Positions 38,457-47,265 of a stretch of 64,000 nucleotides of DNA are shown here, in pieces. The stretch is taken from NCBI GenBank assembly GCA_009929695.1, contig RZZW01000011.1, forward strand, positions 159 through 64,158, read 5' to 3'. Within the stretch, counting starts at the first letter, position 1. Every line of letters starts with the position of its first letter. The stretch comes from Clostridia bacterium. GTDB taxonomy: Bacteria; Bacillota; Clostridia; Oscillospirales; Ruminococcaceae. A model generated the notes under the pieces. That model searched no databases, had not been told where the DNA came from, and saw only the letters and a list, made by a program, of their open reading frames with translations. Both the position numbers and the translations under genes were made by a program.

Positions 38457-38774
38457 TTATATTAAATCATGCAAAAGGTTTGGGTAATCTTTGCGTGCAT
38501 CCACTATGTGATATATTTCTATAACATCTGTGCTCACTTTATAAAAGCAGATATAATTGCCTGAAAGCAGCACGCGAAAGCCCTGCTGCGCCAAGGCTGT
38601 ATCCTTTGCCACCATGCCCATAAATGGGTTTTGGGACAGATTCTCAAGCAATTTCATTATTGAATTTGTGATTTTTTCTGCCGATGTCTCGCCTGCAAGT
38701 GCAAGGTGCATATCGGCAATTTCGTCTAGCTCCGCAAAGGCGGGCGCAAGAAATACGATATCATAATTTGGCAC
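38457..38774 (-). CDS. ParE/RelE-family type II toxin
   Basis: 105 aa of the plasmid-stabilisation toxin type (...FRVLLSGNYICFYKVSTDVIEIYHIVDARKDY). Overlaps the upstream antitoxin by 14 nt. Confidence 0.75.
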   Translation of the reverse strand: MPNYDIVFLAPAFAELDEIADMHLALAGETSAEKITNSIMKLLENLSQNPFMGMVAKDTALAQQGFRVLLSGNYICFYKVSTDVIEIYHIVDARKDYPNLLHDLI

Positions 38775-39033
38775 TTTCGTATTTCTCCTTCAGCGCTTTT
38801 TTTGCGTCTGACAGCGAAACCGTCGGCTCGCCACAGGCTTTGCTGTACTCGGCGGCGGCAAGCTTTGCCTTTAGGCGAAACATCTCTTCTCTTTTTTCAA
38901 AGGCTTCGATGCTCATAACCACCATGTCGCCCTCGCCGTTTTTTGTTATATAAATAGGGTCGCTTTGCTCATGGGCAAGCTTTGAGATAGCGCCATAATC
39001 ATTGCGCAGTGTTGTTGAAGATTTAATAAGCAT
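38761..39033 (-). CDS. Phd/YefM-family antitoxin
   Basis: 90 aa. N-terminal TTLRNDYGAISKLAHEQSDPIYITKNGEGDMVVMSIEAFE is typical of Phd/YefM. RBS AGGGAGG. Confidence 0.75.
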   Translation of the reverse strand: MLIKSSTTLRNDYGAISKLAHEQSDPIYITKNGEGDMVVMSIEAFEKREEMFRLKAKLAAAEYSKACGEPTVSLSDAKKALKEKYESAKL

Positions 39034-39109
39034 AGCAAAAGCCTCCCTTTATTATATACTTATAATACCATTATTCTACTATAATATCAATGCTATTATA
39101 CACAAAAAC

Positions 39110-39145
39110 AGCGACCCATAAATCGGGTCGCTTCTTTTTCGTTTT
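39110..39145. terminator. Bidirectional hairpin terminator
   Basis: agcgaccc (39110-39117) pairs with gggtcgct (39125-39132). Flanked by an A-run on one side and tctttttcgtttt on the other. Confidence 0.65.
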
Positions 39146-39155
39146 AATATAAAAT

Positions 39156-39560
39156 TTACAGCGTCGGGTTGACGATGTTGCGCCAGTCGAGGTCGCCGCG
39201 CTCTAGGCCGTGGATTAGAACCTCGGCGGTGGCTATATTTGTGGCTATGGGGATATTGTGCACGTCGCACAGGCGCAGAAGGTTCATTTCGTTTGGCTCG
39301 TGAGGCTTGGCGCTGATGGGGTCGCGGAAGAAAAGCAAGAGGTCAATCTCGTTGCAAGCTATACGCGCGGCTATCTGCTGGTCGCCGCCGTGCGTGCCGG
39401 AGAGGAAGCGCTGTATTTTAAGGCCGGTTGCGTCCGACACAAGCTTGCCCGTCGTGCCTGTTGCCACAAGGCTGTGCTGTGACAATATGCGGCAGTAGGC
39501 TGTGCAGAACTGCACCATTAACTCCTTTTTTGAATCATGCGCTATTAAAGCTATATTCAT
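39156..39560 (-). CDS. mgsA: Methylglyoxal synthase
   Basis: 134 aa. [18 protein letters not shown] ... LVATGTTG ... GGDQQI are hallmark MgsA motifs. Confidence 0.9.
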   Translation of the reverse strand: MNIALIAHDSKKELMVQFCTAYCRILSQHSLVATGTTGKLVSDATGLKIQRFLSGTHGGDQQIAARIACNEIDLLLFFRDPISAKPHEPNEMNLLRLCDVHNIPIATNIATAEVLIHGLERGDLDWRNIVNPTL

Positions 39561-39588
39561 TTAAATCCCCTCCTGTGAGATGTATAAT

Positions 39589-40320
39589 TTATTTTATTAC
39601 AAGCGGCGTTTCGCGGCCACAAAGACGCGCGGCGACGGCGTTAAACGCTTTGGCTGCCTTGCTTTTTGCGGGTATGCGCGAGCCGTTTACTGCGGCGCGC
39701 ATTATATCGTCGCTTTGCGGAATTACGCCTATAAGACGCGCACTGACGGTGTCTATGCACTCGTCAAGGTTTGCTATGCCTGTGCCGTCGAGCGTGGTTG
39801 GAACTTTATTTAGTATAAGCCGCAAATTCGCCCTGCCCTTTTCGGCTATGGTGTCTGCGACTATGCGTCCGTCGCGCACTGTTATGGGGTCTGGCGTGAC
39901 GACTATAAGCGCAAGCTGTGCCACGCTTAACGCCGAGATAAACGGCGCGCCCATGCCCGCGGCGGTGTCGAGCAATATGTACTCAAACGCCTCGCCCACC
40001 GTGCTTATAAAAGCGGCAAGCGCCGACGGACGGACTGTGCCGCCCGAATACGGCGCGGATATAACGTAAAGATCGCTGTATAAAGGGCTTTCTACGACTG
40101 CCTTTTCGGCGCTGCATCGGCCTGACAAAACGTCCTCAATGTCGTAAACGGTTTTGCCGTACACGCCCGAGATAAGGTCAACGCTGCGAAGCCCCGAATC
40201 GAGCTCGACAAGCAGCACCCTTTCCCCTCTTGCGGCAAGCGCGCCGCCAAGCATTACGGACACTGTGCTTTTGCCTGTGCCGCCCTTGCCGGACGCGAGC
40301 ATTATAACTTTTGCGCCCAC
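39589..40320 (-). CDS. MinD/ParA-family P-loop ATPase (deviant Walker A)
   Basis: ASGKGGTGKSTVSVMLGGALA deviant Walker A. 243 aa, with no obvious MinD C-terminal amphipathic helix. Confidence 0.7.
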   Translation of the reverse strand: MGAKVIMLASGKGGTGKSTVSVMLGGALAARGERVLLVELDSGLRSVDLISGVYGKTVYDIEDVLSGRCSAEKAVVESPLYSDLYVISAPYSGGTVRPSALAAFISTVGEAFEYILLDTAAGMGAPFISALSVAQLALIVVTPDPITVRDGRIVADTIAEKGRANLRLILNKVPTTLDGTGIANLDECIDTVSARLIGVIPQSDDIMRAAVNGSRIPAKSKAAKAFNAVAARLCGRETPLVIK

Positions 40321-40453
40321 TTATAAATCTCCTTCAAACGCCTAAAACGCCATAATGACCTTTATACTGCGCTTACAGTATAGCACAAAAAAGGGCGTGT
40401 TACAACACTATTTTTTGCACATAGTAACAAAAAAGTGGCGTTTTTTTTGACTT

Positions 40454-41014
40454 TTAATTTAGTTTAACGTTAAATTTTTGTAATATTTTCGCAATATGTG
40501 CCACGGGCAAGCCCATGACATTGTAATAACAGCCGCCGATGCCGCGCGTATATTTTGCCGCCCAGCCCTGTATTCCGTATGCGCCCGCTTTGTCGTAAGG
40601 CTCGGCGGTTTTTATGTATTTTGCTATGTCCGATTGCGAAATATGGTCAAAAAATACATATGTTGTCTCTGCAAAGCTTATGCTAAAACCGTTTTTGCTT
40701 ATGCACACGCCTGTGTGAACGAGGTGTGTTCTGCCTGAAAGCAGTGATATCATACGCGCCGCGTCAGCTTCGTCTGCGGGCTTGCCGAGCACCTCGCCGT
40801 CTACTTCGACAACGGTGTCGCAGCCGATTACAGTCTCGTTTTTATGCGTGGCTGCCACCGCGAGGCACTTGGCTTTTGCCAGGCTTTTGGCGAGCGCTTT
40901 CGGCGGGAAAATTATGCTTTCGCTCTCGTCGACATCGCTTGTCTGCACGGTGAAATTTGGTGTGATGAGCGTCAAAAGCTGTTTGCGGCGCGGGGACTGT
41001 GATGCAAGTATCAT
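40454..41014 (-). CDS. maf: Maf-family nucleoside triphosphate pyrophosphatase (septum formation protein)
   Basis: MILASQSPRRKQLL N-terminus and AGAYGIQG motif. The ORF opens at 41053. Confidence 0.85.
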   Translation of the reverse strand: MILASQSPRRKQLLTLITPNFTVQTSDVDESESIIFPPKALAKSLAKAKCLAVAATHKNETVIGCDTVVEVDGEVLGKPADEADAARMISLLSGRTHLVHTGVCISKNGFSISFAETTYVFFDHISQSDIAKYIKTAEPYDKAGAYGIQGWAAKYTRGIGGCYYNVMGLPVAHIAKILQKFNVKLN

Positions 41015-41018
41015 GATG

Positions 41019-41273
41019 TTATATCCTTGTTTTGTTATAGATGAAAATGGCAAGGCTGAGGGTGATAATTTGCGCGACGGTGATGCTCATTGACGCGCCG
41101 AGGGTGAATTTAAACACCACCAAATCGACAGTGACGGCGTTGAAGCCGATGGAATTTCCGTAGGCGAGCCAGTTTAAAACAGGCACATTTGCGCAGACAT
41201 TTGCAAGCAAACTGCCTGTTATTACGCCCGCGAGGATAAAAAAGAAAAGTAAAAAGGTGCGTTTTAGTTTCAT
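41019..41273 (-). CDS. Small membrane protein, DUF4321-like
   Basis: 84 aa with two TM segments. It occupies the position upstream of maf that is conserved in Clostridia. The family assignment is from memory of sequence style. Confidence 0.6.
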   Translation of the reverse strand: MKLKRTFLLFFFILAGVITGSLLANVCANVPVLNWLAYGNSIGFNAVTVDLVVFKFTLGASMSITVAQIITLSLAIFIYNKTRI

Positions 41274-41348
41274 TTTAAAATTCCTTTGTGTTGGATTTTC
41301 GGCGTTGACGATTTATGCAAATCTTATGGTCACACGTTGCGCTGACTT

Positions 41349-41451
41349 GCCTCATCCGTCACTCCTTCGTCGCGCCACCTTCTCCTCAAGGAGAAGGCTT
41401 TTGGCTTCCCCTTGAGGAGAAGCTGTCGCCCGCAGGCGACTGATGAGGTGA
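41349..41451. repeat. Family D multi-hairpin element (inverted orientation relative to 22456 and 52289)
   Basis: Outer stem cctcatc...gatgagg. Inner hairpins ccttctcctcaaggagaagg, cttccccttgaggagaag and gtcgcccgcaggcgac. Confidence 0.9.
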
Positions 41452-41454
41452 AAT

Positions 41455-41898
41455 TTAAACCTTGCCTGTCGACCCAAAGCCGCCTGCACCGCGGGTGGTG
41501 CTTGACAAATCATCTGCGGCGGTGAAATCGGCTATTATGACGGGCTGAATGCACATTTGGGCTATGCGCTCGCCGTTTTGGATTGTGTAGGGCTCGGTTG
41601 AAAGGTTGACAAGCCCGACGCTTATTTCGCCGCGATAATCTGAATCTATAACGCCCACGCCGTTTGACAGCGCAAGCCCGCGCTTGACGGCAAGGCCGCT
41701 TCGTGCGTATATAAACGCGGCGTATTCGGCTGACGGCAGCTCTATTGCGACGCCTGTCGGCACAAGCGCGCGTGCGCCTGCTTCAAGCGTTATGCCCTCG
41801 TCTGCGCACACGGCGCAAAGGTCGGCTGCTGCCGCTCCGTTTGTGGCGTAGCGCGGCATCTGCGCGCCGTCGCGGACAAGCTTTATTTTAATTTGCAT
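41455..41898 (-). CDS. dut: dUTP diphosphatase
   Basis: MQIKIKLVRDGAQMPRYATNGAAAADL, GVIDSDYRGE and C-terminal RGAGGFGSTG motifs. The ORF opens at 42108. Confidence 0.9.
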   Translation of the reverse strand: MQIKIKLVRDGAQMPRYATNGAAAADLCAVCADEGITLEAGARALVPTGVAIELPSAEYAAFIYARSGLAVKRGLALSNGVGVIDSDYRGEISVGLVNLSTEPYTIQNGERIAQMCIQPVIIADFTAADDLSSTTRGAGGFGSTGKV

Positions 41899-41899
41899 A

Positions 41900-43939
41900 T
41901 CACTGTGTTCCTTTATAATATAGTGCGCGTGTAAATTCGCCCTGCGGCTTTGCTTCGTCTTTATACGCCTGCAAAATCTGCTCGATTTGCTGCTGCGGTT
42001 CTGTTGTGAACGACAAAAGCGCGATGTCGGCAGGGATTTCGCCGAGCCTGTCGAGCATATAAATCGGCACTGTGTTATATATCGTCCGCGCGGTTTCGGC
42101 GCCGTCACAGCGGACGGCGAACTTTTTGCCCATGCGGTCTGTCAGAGTGCCTTTATGTGTGCAGCCCTTGCATGAATGTACGTTGTGCAAAGGGCACGCG
42201 CGCGTTAGCATAAGCGGCATATAGCCGTATGCAATGGCGGCTGTTTTGGCGGCGGGGGCGATTTTTTCCATGTCGTTAAGCGTCAATTCAGGGCTTAGTG
42301 TCAAGGCTTGAAGCCCAAGCTCGGCATACTTTTGCGCCGACATTTGATTTGTGACATTTAAACCAAACGCGCCGAACGTTTTGTGCTCTTTGCACAAATA
42401 AATATGCGCGAGGTTTTGCACAAAAAAGCCTGCGAAGCCGTATTTTGCGGCGTCGTCAATCATGCTTTGCGCCTTTTCCTCCTGTGCGCCGTAAAGCGCG
42501 CGGGGAATGGCTAGATACGTTTTTGCGCGTATGACAAGCGGTACGTCGTGCCATTCGGAAATCGGAAAGACGAACATATCGGCACGCGTGCCAAACGGCA
42601 TCTGATCAACCGACGCAAACTGCAACGCCGTTAAAGCAGGGCGCATAGCGTGGTGCTGCTGCGGTATTGGCTGCGGCGGGTTTACCTTTATATTAATAGG
42701 CGCAGAGCGCTTTTCAAGCAATTGCTCGAGCGCGCGGCGGCGCATATCGTTTATTTCTCCCGCGGGGATAAATGCCGTCTCTGCGCCGTTTAAGGTGATT
42801 TTATTAACATAAAACGGTGTGCCGCCTGTTTTTGAAAGCGCGGCTTCGTATGCCTTTGAGGGGTCTTTTTGCGCTGTTTGCGGCGGTGTTTCGCCGTAAA
42901 TTACAGCTTTTGTGCCGTCTTTATCGGTGGCGGAAAGCTTCGAGCCGTCCTCCTCTATTGTGAGCGCCATGTCGACGGCGACGCGCTGACCCTCGCGGCG
43001 GAAAAGCTCGCGCAGCTTTGGCACTGAGTCCTTTGCCGCCTTTGCGTCAATTTCCGTGCGCACGCCGAACATACTGCCGTCGCGCACGCCTTTTATATAA
43101 CCATCTGTAAAACCCGAACGTGAAAATACGTTCTGTAATAGCTGCTTGTCGTAGCTTTCGCCCTCGATTGCTTTTTTGCAGGCGTTGACGGCGGCTGCGG
43201 CGTATTCGGGTGTGCGGAGTCTGCCCTCGATTTTGACGCTTGCCACGCCCGCTTTCGCAAGTTGCGGCAGCATGTCTATGACGGACATATCCTTTAAGCT
43301 TAAATGATGCTCGCCCGCCTGTGACGCTGAAAAAGGCAGACGGCACGGCCCTGCGCACGCGCCGCGGTTGCCGCTTCTGCCGCCCAAAAATGCGCTCATG
43401 TAGCACTGGCCGGACACGCTCATGCAAAGCGCGCCGTGCACGAAAACCTCTGTCTCGATGCCGCAATTTTGCGAGATGTGCTCTATCTCGGCAAGCGATA
43501 ATTCACGCGACAAAATGGCGCGTTTAAAGCCCATTTTAGCGAGCTGCTTTGCGCCGCCCGTCGAGTGGACGCTCATCTGCGTTGAGCCGTGAAGCGCGAG
43601 GCTTGGCGCTATTTGCATGCAGAGCTCAGCGACCGCTAAATCCTGCACAATTACAGCGTCAGCGCCCGCTTTGGCTATGAAGCTTATGAAGTCCGCCGCC
43701 TGTTCAAGCTCGTTTGGGTAGAGCGTTGTGTTGAGCGTGACGTGCACCTTTACGCCGCGTGCGTGGCAGAACGCCGCCGCCTCGGCAAAGGCTTCTTTTG
43801 TGAAATTGGCGGCGCTGCGGCGCGCGTTAAAGCTCTCAAGGCCGAGATACACGGCGTCTGCGCCTGTGTATACTGCGGCCTTGAGCATTTCGGCGCTGCC
43901 CGCCGGAGCAAGTATTTCTATTTTGCCGTTACTCTTCAT
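41900..43939 (-). CDS. Peptidase U32 family protein (collagenase-like)
   Basis: 679 aa. N-terminal ILAPAGS...AAVYTGADAVYLG is typical of the U32 family. Confidence 0.8.
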   Translation of the reverse strand: MKSNGKIEILAPAGSAEMLKAAVYTGADAVYLGLESFNARRSAANFTKEAFAEAAAFCHARGVKVHVTLNTTLYPNELEQAADFISFIAKAGADAVIVQDLAVAELCMQIAPSLALHGSTQMSVHSTGGAKQLAKMGFKRAILSRELSLAEIEHISQNCGIETEVFVHGALCMSVSGQCYMSAFLGGRSGNRGACAGPCRLPFSASQAGEHHLSLKDMSVIDMLPQLAKAGVASVKIEGRLRTPEYAAAAVNACKKAIEGESYDKQLLQNVFSRSGFTDGYIKGVRDGSMFGVRTEIDAKAAKDSVPKLRELFRREGQRVAVDMALTIEEDGSKLSATDKDGTKAVIYGETPPQTAQKDPSKAYEAALSKTGGTPFYVNKITLNGAETAFIPAGEINDMRRRALEQLLEKRSAPINIKVNPPQPIPQQHHAMRPALTALQFASVDQMPFGTRADMFVFPISEWHDVPLVIRAKTYLAIPRALYGAQEEKAQSMIDDAAKYGFAGFFVQNLAHIYLCKEHKTFGAFGLNVTNQMSAQKYAELGLQALTLSPELTLNDMEKIAPAAKTAAIAYGYMPLMLTRACPLHNVHSCKGCTHKGTLTDRMGKKFAVRCDGAETARTIYNTVPIYMLDRLGEIPADIALLSFTTEPQQQIEQILQAYKDEAKPQGEFTRALYYKGTQ

Positions 43940-44573
43940 TTATTGTCTCAAATTCAATTGTGGGTGATAATATCTCGGCGGGTTTTTCAAGCTTTTCGGG
44001 CGCATCGGCGGGCTGTGTATTGGGAACCTCCGCCTGCATACCTGCCGCCGCCTGCTGTGCCGCCACCGTGCGGGCAAGCTGCTGCTGACGCGCGCGCTGT
44101 GCGGCAAGCTGTGCCGCCTGCTGCGGTGTGATGGGTTGGCCGTTTTGTGCCGCCTGTGCCGCGTGCTGCTGCATATTTATGGCGCGCTGTGCCTGCTGCG
44201 CCTGATATGCCGCTATTTGCTGACGCAGATACGTCACCTCGCGGCGCAGACGCTCTATCTCCTTGTTCGCCGTTTCAGTCTCGGCGTGCGCCTCCTCGGC
44301 GGCAAGCTTTGACTTCGCGGTGTCCTCAAGATAATCCTTAATTTGTGCGCGCATGTTCGCCGCGCCGTCCTCGGTCTTTTTCATCTCGTCGAGATAATCA
44401 AGAGCGGTGATGACGGCTGCCGTGGCTGTTGAGGCTGAAGGTGTGGCGGTCATCACGGCGGTCATGTCCTCGTCGAGCTTTTCGGCAAGCGACTTGACAT
44501 ACTCCTCGGTGTCCGTTGTTGTGATGACGTAATCCGTCCCGCAAACATTAAAACGCATCTTATTGGCAGACAT
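43929..44573 (-). CDS. zapA: ZapA-like cell division protein with a Gln/Ala-rich C-terminal extension
   Basis: N-terminal RFNVCGTDYVITTTDTEEYVKSLAEKLDEDM is a ZapA-domain pattern. A coiled coil follows, then a low-complexity QQAAQLAAQRARQQQ tail. Confidence 0.7.
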   Translation of the reverse strand: MSANKMRFNVCGTDYVITTTDTEEYVKSLAEKLDEDMTAVMTATPSASTATAAVITALDYLDEMKKTEDGAANMRAQIKDYLEDTAKSKLAAEEAHAETETANKEIERLRREVTYLRQQIAAYQAQQAQRAINMQQHAAQAAQNGQPITPQQAAQLAAQRARQQQLARTVAAQQAAAGMQAEVPNTQPADAPEKLEKPAEILSPTIEFETINEE

Positions 44574-44802
44574 ATGTAAATACCCCTTTTCCTTATGGTA
44601 ATTCTGTTTTAGAGCATAATTCGTATATATTATAAACTAAATCGCACAATTAAGAAAGGCTATTTTTGAAAAAAAGTCAAAAATAAGATAAAAAGCCTTA
44701 TTTTGATTGAATAAAATGGTAAAATATATTATAATAAATTAACACGTGATTATTTTGGCAATGCGTGGTTGAACGTAAAACACTATTCTGACTGAAACAG
44801 GA

Positions 44803-47220
44803 GTGAAGCTATTGAATATCAAATATACAAAAAAAGAATTTGACAAGCTGCTGACAGAGAAGCTTTTCAGCGAGTTTGCCATTGACGTTGCATCTGCAAC
44901 CGACGACCAGATTTACCGTGCGCTCGCATTGATCGTCCGACAGACATTAAGCGAAAAGCGCAAGAGATTTATGGCTCGCACATACGGCTCTAACAACAAA
45001 CAGGTATATTACCTATGCATGGAGTTTCTCATGGGGCGCAGCCTGCGTATAAACCTTCTCAACCTCGAGCTCGACAGCGTTGCGGGCGAGGTGCTCAAGT
45101 GCTACGGCATGAATCTTGACAATATATATGACCAAGAGCCCGACGCAGGGCTTGGCAACGGCGGCCTCGGGCGCTTGGCGGCGTGCTATCTCGACGGCAT
45201 GGCGACGGACGACATCCCCGGCACAGGCTATTCTATTTTGTATGAATACGGCATTTTCCGCCAGAAAATCGTTGACGGCTGGCAGCAGGAGCGCGCCGAC
45301 AACTGGCTGCCCGGCGGCGGCGTATGGCTGAAAAGTCACCCCGACCAAGCTATCGAGATAAAATTCGACGGCGAAATTCAAGAGTCGTGGGACGGCGGAT
45401 ATCACCACGTTGAGCACGTGAATGCGACAACCGTCATGGCTGTGCCGAGCGATATGTACGTCGCGGGCTACAACTCGCAGGGCGTGTCTCAGCTTCGTTT
45501 GTGGCAGGCAAAAGCGCCGAACTTTGACATGGACAGCTTCAACGCGGGCGAATATGGCAACGCGATGACAAAAAGCGCCAACGCGGAGCTTATAAGCAAG
45601 GTTTTGTACCCGAACGACAACCACGTCGAGGGCAAAATTCTGCGTCTGCGTCAGCAATATTTCCTCTCGTGCGCGTCTGTTGGCGACATCGTGAAAAATC
45701 ACCTCGCGCAGTACGGCACGCTTGACAATCTGCCCGACAAAATTGCAATTCACATAAACGACACTCACCCGACGCTTGCGATCCCCGAATTAATTCGCAT
45801 TTTGCTCGACGACTGCGGCTACGGCTGGAACGCCGCCGTGAACATTGCGCGACGCGTGTTTGCATACACAAACCACACCGTCATGAGCGAGGCGCTTGAA
45901 AAGTGGAGCGTTGACATATTTAAAAAGACGCTGCCGCGCATTTATCAGATTTGCTGCGAGCTTGACAAGCAGTGCCGCGCAGACCTTGAGCTTAAATTCC
46001 CCGGCGACGAGGGCAAAATCAACTATATGGCAATCCTCGGCGACAATCAGGTGCGCATGGCGAACATCTGCTGCTATGTGTGCCACTCGATAAACGGCGT
46101 GTCGAAGCTGCACAGCGAGATAATCAAGGAGAGCGTTTTCCACGATTATTTCTTGTATTCACCGAAAAAATTTACAAACGTCACAAACGGCATAGCTTAC
46201 CGCCGTTGGCTGCTCGGAGGCAACCCCGCCTTGACGAGCCTTTTGACCGAGACTATCGGCGACGATTTCAAAACAGACGCTTCACAGCTTAAAAAGTTTG
46301 AAAAATTTGCAAAGGATAAGACCGTCCTTGCAAAGCTTGGCGACGTAAAAGAGCACAACAAAGTCTTGTTTGCCGAGCATTTGAAGCGCACGACAGGCCA
46401 GATAATCAACCCGCACTCGATTTTCGACGTGCAGGTAAAGCGCATGCACGAGTATAAGCGCCAGCATTTGAACGCGCTAAATATCGCCGCACAGTACCTT
46501 TATATCAAAAATAATCCTAACGCGGACTTCACGCCGAAAACATATATCTTCGGCGCAAAGGCAGCGCCTGGCTACTATTTCGCAAAGCAGATGATTAGAC
46601 TTATCTGCAAATTAGGCGAGCTTATCGACGAGGACGCGGCGGTGCGCGAAAAATTAAGCGTTGTGTATCTTGAGGACTACTGCGTCACGACAAGCGAGCG
46701 CTTGATGCCCGCCAGTGAGGTTTCGGAGCAGATAAGCCTTGCGGGCACAGAGGCGTCGGGCACAGGCAACATGAAGTTTATGCTCAACGGCGCTATCACG
46801 CTAGGCACACTTGACGGTGCAAACGTCGAGATTGCCGACGCAGCGGGCAAAGAGAACGAAATCATCTTCGGTATGCTTACACCCGAGGTCAACAGCCTGA
46901 AGAGCTTCGGTTATCATCCGTCGGCCTTTATCAATACAAATGATGAGGCCGAGGAAGTGCTGTCGTTCATCGAAAAGGGCTGGAACGGCGAGAGCTTTAA
47001 CGAAATTGCGAACAATCTGCGCACGTCTGACCCGTATATGGTCATGGCTGACTTTGCAGATTATCGCCGCGCACAAAACGACGAGGTGCGCCTTTACAAC
47101 GACAGAGAAACATGGAACCGCATGAGCCTTAAAAATATCGCCAACAGCGGCATCTTCTCCGCCGACCGCTCCGTCATGGACTACGCGCGCAACATTTGGA
47201 GCATTAAGCCGATAAAATAA
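44803..47220 (+). CDS. glgP: Glycogen/maltodextrin phosphorylase (GT35)
   Basis: 805-aa ORF with the EASGTGNMKFMLNGA PLP-lysine motif. TTG 44812, 8 nt after AGGAG, may be the real start. Confidence 0.9.
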   Translation: MKLLNIKYTKKEFDKLLTEKLFSEFAIDVASATDDQIYRALALIVRQTLSEKRKRFMARTYGSNNKQVYYLCMEFLMGRSLRINLLNLELDSVAGEVLKCYGMNLDNIYDQEPDAGLGNGGLGRLAACYLDGMATDDIPGTGYSILYEYGIFRQKIVDGWQQERADNWLPGGGVWLKSHPDQAIEIKFDGEIQESWDGGYHHVEHVNATTVMAVPSDMYVAGYNSQGVSQLRLWQAKAPNFDMDSFNAGEYGNAMTKSANAELISKVLYPNDNHVEGKILRLRQQYFLSCASVGDIVKNHLAQYGTLDNLPDKIAIHINDTHPTLAIPELIRILLDDCGYGWNAAVNIARRVFAYTNHTVMSEALEKWSVDIFKKTLPRIYQICCELDKQCRADLELKFPGDEGKINYMAILGDNQVRMANICCYVCHSINGVSKLHSEIIKESVFHDYFLYSPKKFTNVTNGIAYRRWLLGGNPALTSLLTETIGDDFKTDASQLKKFEKFAKDKTVLAKLGDVKEHNKVLFAEHLKRTTGQIINPHSIFDVQVKRMHEYKRQHLNALNIAAQYLYIKNNPNADFTPKTYIFGAKAAPGYYFAKQMIRLICKLGELIDEDAAVREKLSVVYLEDYCVTTSERLMPASEVSEQISLAGTEASGTGNMKFMLNGAITLGTLDGANVEIADAAGKENEIIFGMLTPEVNSLKSFGYHPSAFINTNDEAEEVLSFIEKGWNGESFNEIANNLRTSDPYMVMADFADYRRAQNDEVRLYNDRETWNRMSLKNIANSGIFSADRSVMDYARNIWSIKPIK

Positions 47221-47265
47221 TTTATTTGCGCAAACCAAAAAAGTAAAACATTTTTGCGAGGAATT

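Noticed and set aside
41349-41451. The family D element (outer stem plus three hairpins) could be a tRNA-like or cloverleaf RNA gene.
   Set aside because: - It has no T-loop (GTTCRANYC) or D-loop signatures.
- The arm lengths are wrong.
- The element is an inverted doublet of one unit and occurs in both orientations downstream of genes.
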